Source: the human T2T-CHM13v2.0 reference genome, Homo sapiens
DNA: 64,000 nucleotides
NCBI RefSeq assembly: GCF_009914755.1
Contig: NC_060931.1
Reading direction: 5' to 3' (one strand)
The translations under genes and the position numbers were made by a program. Shown one piece after another: positions 53,480-64,000 of the stretch. Under the pieces are notes generated by a model that saw only the letters and a list, made by a program, of their open reading frames with translations, made no database searches and had not been told where the DNA came from. The number at the start of each line of letters is the position of its first letter. The stretch's first letter is position 1.

Positions 53480-53657
53480 CAGTAGTTCTCAAACTCTACT
53501 GCACACTAGAGCCGCCTGGGGAGATTTGAAGACTCCCAGTGCCCAGGCCACAGGCCCTATCAATTAAATCAGAAGTTCTGGGGGTGGGACCTGGGCACCA
53601 GGGTTTCTAAAACTCCCTAGATGATTCTAATATGCAGCCTACTTTAAAAACCAGTGT
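53480..53657. mobile_element. MER5A (hAT-Charlie)
   Basis: cagtagttctcaaact...aaatcagaagttctgggggtgggacc...gatgattctaatatgcagcc. Confidence 0.8.
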
Positions 53658-54474
53658 TTAAAAATGCTTCTCTGTTCCCTACTCTCTAAGTATACTGACT
53701 TTCTGTAATCAAAACTGTCTAAGAAAATGAACAAACAATGTAAGAATGTTGTGAGAAAGTCAGCTATACTGATTTCATATCACACATCATTAAGCTTCTA
53801 AGAGCTAAATTTTGGTGGTGGGAAGTTGGTTTTAGAATTCTTCAGATTGTTAGTGAAAGACTATTACATAACTGTCTTTAGTATGACCTAACAGTTGAAT
53901 TTCAAAGTATTCTGCAAATATGATTTGTGTGCTTTGCAACTAAGCAGAAAGTACAATTACATGAGTGATCATAATATTTGGTAGAAAGTGATTTGTGTCA
54001 CAGAGATGTACAGAAAAATTGCTATGATTGCCAAGGAAAGGGAGAGATGAATGCCAGATTAGTCACAATTGAAGGTGATGCCATCTGATGTGGACTTTGA
54101 AGCACTTGTTCCAGGAAAGGAAAAGGAGCAGGAGATGCGAATGAGGGGCACACGTGGGAAACAGAATGGTTCAATTCGACAGATGTCAGGAGTAAAAGGA
54201 GATAGGTTTGGAAAAGGCTGGATCACTTCCAGGAGGGTCCTGAATGTCTAAGTCTGAGGCTCCTGGTACAGAGAATGATATTATCTACCGTGGTCTCACT
54301 TGGCTTTTCTGCAGTGTGTGGCACTGTTGACCCCTTGCTACCTTCTTTTCAGTGTTCCACTCCCTTTGGTTCCACAATCTTCCTTCACATTTTAGCTCTT
54401 GAATGTCCCTTTTCCAGCTCCCCTTACAATTCTCTTACTCCATTCATCCTGTATATGTCACTCATTTCCAAATT

Positions 54475-54753
54475 CTTGTTTTGTTTTGTTTTTTGAGATG
54501 GAGTCTCACTCTGTTGCCCAGGCTGGAGTGCAGTGGTGCGATCTTGGCTCACTGCGACCTCTGCCTCCTGGGTTCAAGTGATTATCTTGCCTCGGCCTCC
54601 TGAGTAGCTGGATTACAGGCACACACCACCAAACCTGGCTAATATTTTCTATTTTTTAGTAGAGACGGGGTTTCACTATGTTGGCCAGGGTGGTCTCAAA
54701 TCCCAGCCTCCCAAAGTGCTGGGATTACAGGTGTAAGCCATTATGCCCAGCCT
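54475..54753 (-). mobile_element. Alu (AluS-like) with a left-arm deletion
   Basis: Reverse Alu with TTTTG-patterned tail; perfect TSD ctcatttccaaatt at 54461-54474 and 54754-54767. Confidence 0.95.
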
Positions 54754-56594
54754 CTCATTTCCAAATTATATCACATTTCTTAAATGTCTCTTGTCCGAAA
54801 ATTCTATTCTACTTTGTCTTTGTTGTTCCTACTATAAACATCTGATGTTTGAACTACTCTCATGTGCTTGGACTCCAAGCTGAAACCTAAGTCATCCACA
54901 CTCCTGTCTCCTCCTTCTCCCTCACCGCCTTAAGAAGTCACCCAGTTCAGGTGAGTCTCTCTTCTCAACCTCTTTTACTTTCTTTATTTAGGTGTTGCAG
55001 GCCAGACTTGGATACCCTAAAAAGCTCTAACAAGGTTTTCTGCCTCCAGAGTCAGTACCCTCCAGTCCATTCTCCACACAGCTTCCAGAGCATCTTTACA
55101 AAACCTTAATCACATGACTCCTCTGCTCAGGGCCCTGCGGTTCCCAAGTTAATGTTCAGACTTCCTACTTAGCACATAAGGTCCCTTATGATTTGACACT
55201 TGCTCACTTCTGTGTGGCTCACACCCCTCCCCTTCTCATTCTTTAAGTCTCCATCCTCTCCCTGGAAGCTTTTTGAGACTCCCTGTTCTGAGACAGATGT
55301 TCTTCCTCTGTGCCCAACTCAAAGCTTATACGGAACCGCAACTGTTAGTTTACTTGTCTGTCCCCAGGAAGTGATTTTCACTCGCATAGACATACATTAG
55401 AAACCCACCCTACTTCACTACACTTGTTTACAAGTCTGTCTCCACTGGGAGCCTGTAAGCACCTCGCTGGGGAGGGCAGGACACACTTCTTGTTCTGCTT
55501 TGTGCTGCACGCACTTAGCACAGCTCCTGGCACATAATTAGCACTCCAGCAAATGAATGACTAATCAGAGTTGTGGGTAGAAGGGCTCATTCACCTACTC
55601 CTTGAATGACTGAAGCAGCAATGTGAACAACAGACGGGTGAGACTTTGAGAGAGGAGAGGAATTAGATGCTATTACGAAAAGTCAGGAGCACCAATGCAA
55701 TTGATGGACAGTGTTCTCTTATTAAATCCATTGGCTTGTCTAGCTAAACCATCTGAGCTCTAAGTCCACCCAATGGCTTTATTCCTCAGTCTCCTCCCTC
55801 AGTCTCAGTCACTGAATAACAGATTGTGTCATGTCTTCCACATGCCTGCAAGAACAACAACAAAAAGACCTTCCACCCTTTCCTGTTCACTCACTTCCAT
55901 TCCTTTAGGGCAAAATACTATACCACTAATCCTCACAGGAATAGCTGTTTGTATTTAATTGAAGAACAATGTGCATTTATTCACAAATACAGGTACTGGC
56001 TCTATCAGGGGGTACTATCAGGGAATATGTGATGGGTTTCAATCTGTTTTGAAAAAAAGCTTTACAATAGTTTTCAAAATGGATATTTGATCTGGTCAGT
56101 CTTAGTCCTAAAGAGAAACAACAGAATTCCCAGTTTGCTCAGAGGAGACAATGGATTTCCCAAGGATAACAGACTAACTAGGGTAGGGGGAAGGATTCAG
56201 GTCCAAACTGTTAATGGGGCTTGTTTCAGTGAAACCTTACTAGACCAGTCTCTCCAGACTAGTGTCTTGATTGCTTCAGAGACAGAATTGTCTAAAAGCA
56301 TTGGGAAGCTAGAAACAAAACTCCTTTGGACAAAGTTATCATTCACTATATTTTGTCAGGAGTTAATGACATGATGAGAAGAGCAGAGAGATGGATTTTT
56401 GTCTGTTTGTGTATACAATTATATCAGAAACTCCACCATCTATCTCTTTGAAACCTCCCATCCACATAGTTACCTTAGGAAGCTCAATATGGATTCTAGC
56501 CCTGCTACTACAGCTTCTACCACAAAACTCTCCTTTCAGAGCTAGCTTCAAAACCAAATTAAAATGCACATATGTTTCATTCCTTCAGAATAGT

Positions 56595-56915
56595 AGTCAG
56601 CAAACAGTTTCTGGAAAGGGTCAAAAACGTATGTATGGCTTATAGTAGGCTTTGTAAGCCTTATAGTTTCTGTCGAAACTACTTTGTCATTACCACATGA
56701 AGGCAGCCATAGGATTAAACAAATGCATATGGCTGTGTTCCAGTAAAACTTTATTTATGGTCACAGAAATTTGAATTTCATGTAATTTTTCACATCATGA
56801 AATATTATTCCTTTTTTCTTTTTCAACAATTTAAAAACATAAAAAAATTTATGGCTCAAAATAGGAAAAGGGACAGGTGTGGCCAGCAGCAGTAGTTTGC
56901 AATCCACTGTGTAGA
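56595..56915. mobile_element. MER58-like hAT MITE
   Basis: cagcaaac...aaagggtca...tggctgtgttccagtaaaactttatttatg...gtagtttgcaatccactg. Confidence 0.75.
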
Positions 56916-57179
56916 GCAGTATTTATAAGCCTTATCTGCTAGCATGGTGTTGGTCGTGAATGATCTTTTCAGAAATTAAGTGCATCCTCAATAAATGAAA
57001 ATGATGATAGAGATTCAGTGAAATGATTCCTTTATGTAGAACAATACTCACTGGAATGAACAAATAAAAATAAAAAGGCGAACAAGTAAGAGTAGGGGAA
57101 GAAGAAAGCGGAAAAAAAAGGAAGGAGGTGGAAGAAAAGGAATAGGAGAAAAGAAAAAAAGATTTGATGTGGAAAAGGA

Positions 57180-57420
57180 AGTATTTATTGAATGATTAAC
57201 ATGTATCAGCCATTCTTCTAAGTACTTTCTGTACCTTACTTTATTTAATCCTCCCAAATCCTGTGAAGTAAGTGTTTCCCCTCCCATTTTGCAGACACAG
57301 CTATTAAGTGGAAGAACCATAATTCAGACACGATCAGGCACGCTCAGGGTGGTATGGCTGTAGATAGAAGAACCATAATTCAAAGCCACGTCTGTGTTAC
57401 TCCATAGCCCACAGTTTTTC
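57180..57420 (-). mobile_element. MIR, interrupted by the 5S fragment
   Basis: tttaatcctcccaaatcctgtgaagtaag...cccattttgcaga...ttcaaagccacgtctg. Confidence 0.65.
57324..57365 (-). pseudogene. Tailless 5S rRNA retropseudogene (5' ~42 nt)
   Basis: Minus strand ATCTACAGCCATACCACCCTGAGCGTGCCTGATCGTGTCTGA resembles 5S nt 1-42; perfect 16-bp TSD gaagaaccataattca at 57311-57326 and 57367-57382. Confidence 0.92.
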
Positions 57421-57596
57421 CATTCCACTTTAATGTCCGTAGAATCAGATACGATATTTTTATTATGTTTAGGCACATCTTACATAGTGAGGTTCCAGTA
57501 CATTGAGTTTTTAAATCTTAAGAAATCCTAAACGGGTAATTTTTATAAGGCACGTGAAAGAGGTTTGTTTATTCAAGCTCTTCTAAGTATACTCTC

Positions 57597-59030
57597 TTGA
57601 TCTTTGACAGTCAACAAAAATATACACTGGGGAAAGGACACTTTATTCAATAAATAGTGCTTGAAAATTGAAAAGCCATATGCCGAAGAATCAAACTGGA
57701 CCCCTATTTCTTACCATACACAAAAATTAACTCAAGATGGATTAAAGACTTAAATGTAAGACCTGAAACTATAAAAATGCTAGAAGAAGATATAAAAATG
57801 AACAGCTATAAAAATATATAACAATATATATAAACAACTCTAAAAATATGGAACAACTATAAAAATGCTAAGAAAAACTCTTCCGAACATTGGTCTAGTC
57901 AAAGAATTTATGACTAAGTCCTGAAAAGGAAACACAACAAAAACAAAAATAGACAAATGGAACTTAATTAAACTAAAAAGCTTCTGCACAGCAAAAGAAA
58001 TAATCAACAGAGTAAACAGACAACCTACAAAATGGGACAAAATATTTGTAAACAATGCATCCAACAAAGGCAAAACTGATCCAGAATCTATGAGGAACTC
58101 AAACAACTCATCAAGAAAAAACAAATAATCCCATTAAAAAGTGGGGAAAGAAGACGAATAGACATTTTGCAAAAGAAGACATACAAGTGGCCAACAAACA
58201 TACAAAATAATGCTCAACATCACTAATCATAAAAATGAATATGAAAACCATTTGTGTCATGACAATAACAATGTCACCAATAACACGAGATACCATCTAA
58301 CACCCAGTCAGAATGGCTATTATTAAAAAGTCAAAAAAACAACAGATGTTGGTGAGGATGTGGGAAAAAAAAAAGAAACGCTTATACACTGTTGGTGGGA
58401 ATGTAAATTAGTACAGCTTCTGTGGAAAACAGTAAGGAGATTTTGCAAGGAACTAAAAATAGAACTACCTCTTGATCCTGTAATCCCATTACTAGATATC
58501 TACCCAAAGGAAAAAAGATCATTTTATCAAAAAGACACCTGTACTCATATATTTATCACAGCACTATTCATAATAGCAAAGTTATGGAATCAACCTAAGT
58601 GTCCATCAATGGATTGGATTTAAAAAATGTAGCGTATATACATGCACACATACGTATACACATAACCATGGAATACTACTCAGCCATAAAAAAGAATAAA
58701 ATAATGTCTTTTGCAGCAGAATGGATTGAACTAGAGACCATTATCCTTAGTGAAATGACTGAAAACAGAAAGTCAAACACCACATGTTCTTACTTTCAAG
58801 TAGGAGCTAAACAATGGATACGCAGGAATATGCAAAGTGGAATAACAGACATTGAAGACTCCAAGAGGTGGGAGAGTGGGAGGGGGATGAGGGATGAAAA
58901 ATTACCTATTGGGTACGATGTTCACTATTGGGGTGATGCGTAACATTAAAAGCCCAGACTTTACCACTATGCAATATATCTGTGTAACACAACTGCATTT
59001 GTACCCCTAAATCCATAAAAATAAAAATTT
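57597..59030 (+). mobile_element. L1MA/L1PB-like 3' fragment (~1.4 kb)
   Basis: ORF2 remnant ([18 protein letters not shown]...WNQPKCPS), 3' UTR and aataaaa. Confidence 0.93.
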
Positions 59031-59894
59031 TTAACAACTGCATATATTGGCAATGGCTACTCAAAGGTATATGGAAAATGTACATCAGTGTAGTATTTTG
59101 AGAACTGTAAGTAAACTAATGTACATGCATCTTTATATGCCAATTAGTTTAGATTTAATAAGAAACTTATGTTTTAGCTCACTTCTCATCAATTCATACG
59201 TTATTGCATACCCCTATCTTTATTTAACAGCATATTTTGTTGGAGACACAAATCCTTTCTCAGGTTGGTAGACAGTTTAAATTACATAAGAACCTGTCCC
59301 ACTTCTATTTAAATGCTTCCTAGAATATATTAACAATTAGCAGGCGGGAGAGTTCTCCATTAGTCTTTCCAGTAACAGTAGGGAAAGTGTTTTCTCCCAC
59401 CAAAAAGAAAACAGGTAACTAACCATATAGACCATCACTACTGAATTTGTTTGTGATTTTTATTTTTGAAGCAGATGTAATTTTCCTTCTTTGGAGGAGA
59501 TATTATTCATTTCTTTGGCTAACGGTTATGATTTAGACCTTGGGTCTCTTTTATTACTTGCAATGGCTTTTCTATATTTTTATTTTTCTGAGGGTGGGGT
59601 AGGGGGTTGAAGATCAGCCTGATTGGAATAGCACATGAATTGAACGGGGCTGAAACTTTGCTGAAACAAAAGTTATCTAGGACTTGGAGCGATCACAGGA
59701 TACAACTGTCTGTTTCAAATAGAAATGCAAAATAACCATTGGAAGAGTTGAAATAGTATGATCAAAGAATTCGGTATTCCATTAAAAATCCTTTATACAC
59801 TACCAACAGTATAAATAGAAAACATATAGATAAATTCTCTGCCTTTTAAGTGTAGTCATTTAGGTACTTGAAGCATGTTTGTAAGCCTTTTTTA

Positions 59895-60156
59895 AAGCTG
59901 ACACAAAATTGTGTATATTTACCATGTACAACATGTTTTGAAATATATATTCATTGTGGAATGGCTAAATCAAGCAAATTAACATGTATTATCTCACATA
60001 GCTGTCATCGTGTGGTGAAAATACTTAAAATGTATTCTCTTAGTATTTTTCAAGAAAACTATATTGTTTTTAATTATAGTCACGATGTTGTACAACAGAT
60101 CTCTTGAACTTGTTCCTCCCATCTAGCTAAAATTTTGTAAATTTTGACTAACATCT
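59895..60156 (-). mobile_element. Short L1MA 3'-end fragment
   Basis: Reverse L1MA 3'-UTR motifs; imperfect TSD gttt(g/a)taagc.tttt. Confidence 0.75.
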
Positions 60157-60371
60157 GTTTATAAGCTTTTTAAGGGCAGAATCTTTGACTCATCTTTCTC
60201 TTTTCAAGACTAGTAGTGTCATCAGTGTTGGGCACATGGGAGGCACTCAAGAAATGGTTGTTGAATTAAATGCCATCAATACCTATGTCACAGAAATTCA
60301 GGCTTTATTTAAAGCCTTATCTAGATTCCTCACTAGCAAGAATCTTGACTTGTAATAGAAAATTATTCTAA

Positions 60372-60562
60372 CCCACTGGGTTCTGAACATGAGGTCTCCA
60401 GACCCCCAGCATCAGCATAAACTGGAAACTTGTTAAAAAGGCAAATTCTTTGGACCTACCCCAAGCCCACTGAATAGAAACTTTGGGGCTGGGGACTAGA
60501 ATCTGTATTGCAGTGAATCCTTCAGGTGATTCTGATGCACACTAAGGTTTGAGAACAACTGT
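60372..60562. mobile_element. MER5A
   Basis: cagcatcagcat...ggaaacttgttaaaaaggcaaattct...caggtgattctgatgcacactaaggtttgagaac. Confidence 0.85.
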
Positions 60563-63199
60563 AATATAATAAAAAATGGTACTGTGAGTCTCCTTCTTTT
60601 CAAAAAAGAAGCCCATGAAGAGAAAGAGATTCCCTACTTTTGGAGCAAGCCTATGGTGTTACTAAATATAAACTTGGCAGGTTAAATAATAACTAGGCTT
60701 ATACATTAATCTCACAAATTTCAAAGGCTGCATCTCAAAGCCAACAAAGGTTAACATTCAATGTTAGCTAAATCCAATAAATTTGTCAGTTAGAAAAATA
60801 ATACTGTCATGAGACGTGCATCCTTTTTGCCTTTCCTAATCTTCTTGCATACTATGTGGGCATTACCAGTAGTCAAATTGAAAGAATAAGGACTAGGAAG
60901 ACAAACTAAGGAGGAAAAAGCAGAAAGCAAAAAGGATCATCTGCCCTTAAAATGATGTGTTGGGTGCCGTATTTTCCCACTGCTGACCACCAGACTTCCT
61001 TGTCCTGAGCAAACATACTACTACTGTACTTGGTTTAACTCATTCAGATGGGAACAACACCATTCTTATCTGACACAAAAGCTAAAAACCATTTTCCTCA
61101 AACATTTAAAAAGGAATCATTTAGATCCTTAAAAAGTTGAATCAGCAACTCTCAGAGAAGGACAGAGCTGGGTCAACAGTACAGTACAAAGCAAGCATTT
61201 CTACTCTTTGTGATTACAACTATCTAAACATTTCCGACAGATTTCATGTGGTAATGTTTTTCTGAATGCCATTTTACAGAACTTAAACAATAAAGAATTA
61301 AAGTTAAAACTTGAAAAAGATAATCAAAGAAAATGAACTGTAATCGTTTTTTAGAAGCTAAATTGCATCAACATTTGACTATCCATTATGTCTTTTGTCA
61401 TTTCAGCATTATGTACTATCATTATCTATTCTTTCAGGGTTCTGAAAAGGCTTTAGAATCTGCTGATTGTCATCAACTCGCTACTGTAGCCTCAAAGCTC
61501 TGCAGCACTGCTGGACCATGGCAAATGTAAAAAAGATAGTTAACTATTGCAAATAGGGTTTCTGCTGCCAGATAAACAGCATTACAAAGCTGGAGTTAAG
61601 AGTGCTCACATCTGGGCACTTTCAGAGAGAAATCTTTCAGAGAAAATGAACAAAACCACTTGGGATTAGTCACATTTCCAATGCGAAAACCGGCGAGTCC
61701 AGAATCTAGTCACTCAGTCGTTGACAGATAAAATATAGAAGATCAAAAGAAAAGGGCTGCATTTCTGGGCAACTCCTTCCTCCATATAACCTCAATCCAA
61801 CACCAAATTAATTTACATAGCATGAGTGTTCTGAATTAAACATGCCATGGAAATATTTTATTATCTCCTGCATTTACTTTGGATAAATACTACTTAATTG
61901 GACTCCCTTCTGAGTAATTCAAAATGCACTATCTCAATGGGAAATAGAATTAGTTTCATTATGCAATTTATTTTTTAGTTAAAAATAGCCAGCGAACAAG
62001 CAAATGCTTAGAGGTCATATGCCTGATGCTATATAATTAGAAAACCAGAGATTAATACAGTGTAATGACTGGCATAACAACATAGAAAAAGACAAGTTGA
62101 TTTTAAAGAGTTTGTACTTTCTCAAATGTGTCTTTCTTGACAGGTAAGCATGAGTCAGGACTGGCTAACGATAGTTATCACTGACTGGTTTTTAAGTATA
62201 TTTGTTATGTATGTATATACTTAATGCATCTAAATGAAGACAGTGATCAATGTTTCTTTTGACCGTGCCTGAAACTAATATATCACCACAAATTCTCTAA
62301 GTTACAGAGAACAGGAGAGGAAGAGAGACAGAGCGACAGAGAGAGAAGAGAAAAGAAAGTATAGAGGAAGAGACACAATTTTATTACTCCATAAGAGGAG
62401 TTGCAACCTGACTATAATCTTAAACTAAAACATTTAAAAAAAGGATCTGAAATCTAAATGGCCGTAATTTTCTGAAAGAACACTGTGGTGTTACACAAAG
62501 ACAACCTGACAGAAATCAGAAAGTCTTTGTTTCCAATTAGTTTAGTGGTCTCAAACTCAAATGCCTAAGGGGGCCAAGCAGTTAAAGCTAAAGAATACAG
62601 CTGTGCAGCGGAGGAAAGGGCACTGGGGCCCCGCTTAAACAGTGCAGGGTGCTGCTACTCAGCTTTAGCTGATAGTGGTCAGGGAAATATACACCCAGTT
62701 TTGCAGATCACTTCATTTTTCTTTTAGCCAGAAATTCAAACTTTTATATGAAATCAACTGTTTTTTAAAATGGTACCAACTAATTTAAAAGTGCTATGTG
62801 GCTTCAGGGCTCTGGGTGTAAGAAATACATCCAGGGCCAGATGCTGTCTAGACCTTGCATGGCTACTAAGTAGCTCTGGTCCCTTTGGGACTGTTTCCTA
62901 ATCGGTAAAATAATATGTCCAAGTTTCTGTTGGCACTAGATGCTTATTCTGGTCCTTTTATGTAGTACATTTCTTTACTTGTGAAAAAACGGTTTAGATA
63001 TTTTAATTTCCAGTGTTAGAATACTGAAACAATATCCAAGTCAGAAAGGATAACCTGAAAACATGGATGCAATTGAAGTTTTAGAGACTTGCTTACTAAT
63101 TCAGGAGTATGTTTTATCCACAAAAGTTTGTGTTGTTAAATATGTCACACAGAGTTAAGTAAAAAATCATCAAACCAGTAGAGACAGCAGTTTCAATTT

Positions 63200-63460
63200 T
63201 TGAGAGGCAATGCTTCCTAGTGGTCAAGAATACACACTGGAACCAGTCTGACCTTGGTTCAAAGCCCAGCTCCTCACTTACTAACTGACCTTATGCAAGT
63301 TACTTAAGGTCTGTATGCCTCAATTTCCTCATCTGTAAAAATGGGGATCACGGCTCCTATCTCATAGGGTTATTACGAAGTTTAAGTGAGTCAGTGGAAA
63401 GTGCTTAGAATGGTGGCTGACACAGAGAAAGCATTAGGAAAAAATTAGCTGTTGTTATTT
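63200..63460 (+). mobile_element. MIR, near full length
   Basis: gcctcaatttcctcatctgtaaaaatgggga...ctcatagggtt...aagtgcttagaa. Confidence 0.85.
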
Positions 63461-64000
63461 TAACTGGCGTAAAACAGCTGAGTGTTAAAAGCACAAATGA
63501 ATAGCTAAATCCAGCAAATCTCCTACACTGGTTGAGCTAGCATTTTACTGTAAAATATTTAAAAGACATTAAACCCAATCTTTATCTGATGAAGGCCCAA
63601 ATCAATGGTTTGCTAAAATCCATTTACAAGTTACTCCACTGGTAACTTGTAAATGAAGACCTAACATGCAACAATTCATAGAAATCTAACAGAGGTCAAC
63701 CCAGAAAACGGGGGTCAATGCAGTGGAACAGGGGCCATGGAAAATCAAACGGTGTGAATGCCTCATCCTTGGTTTCCACCCCCTTGTGATTAATTAACAG
63801 CCTTACTGCATCCACCCACCAGCTGTATCCTAGCTCATAGGCCTGACCCCAACTGAGGACTACAACAGTATCATGAAAACTGTGCTTCTAATTGTCCAGC
63901 GGGCGATCACGGCTTGGCTAAGAAAGGCTCTTTTCACTCCCCTCCTTTCTGATTAACTAGATGGCTTTATAAATCGCCTTAATAAGTTCATTTGTGTAAC

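Overview
Primate (human-like) genomic DNA: AT-rich, CpG-depleted and dense in interspersed repeats. The minus strand carries the 5' coding part of NRCAM (neuronal cell adhesion molecule, L1-family Ig-CAM). Five exons with GT-AG boundaries and matching phases are present: the ATG-containing exon (10554-10765), an 18-nt microexon (8347-8364), and exons at 5178-5283, 2921-3117 and 1626-1748. Together they encode MQLKIMPKKK...IIFWMDN (signal peptide, Ig1, start of Ig2). Positions 10766-64000 look like one large 5'-UTR intron; no further NRCAM exon is recognisable. That intron holds a full-length but ORF-disrupted L1PA in the same orientation as NRCAM (43376-49533), a full-length SVA (25746-27255), about 9 Alus, older L1s, LTRs, MER DNA transposons and MIR/L2. 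It also holds three small-RNA retrocopies: U7, a very old U6, and a tailless 5S rRNA fragment. I see no new protein-coding system; the other ORFs are repeat-derived or noise. The best leads are cis-regulatory or structural: an anti-donor sequence flanking the microexon, a uORF followed by twin hairpins in the 5' UTR, a candidate internal promoter (CRE + AP-1 + TATA + donor) 3 kb upstream of the ATG exon, and several template-switch palindromes. Repeat family names come from remembered consensus sequences, and boundaries without TSDs are approximate.
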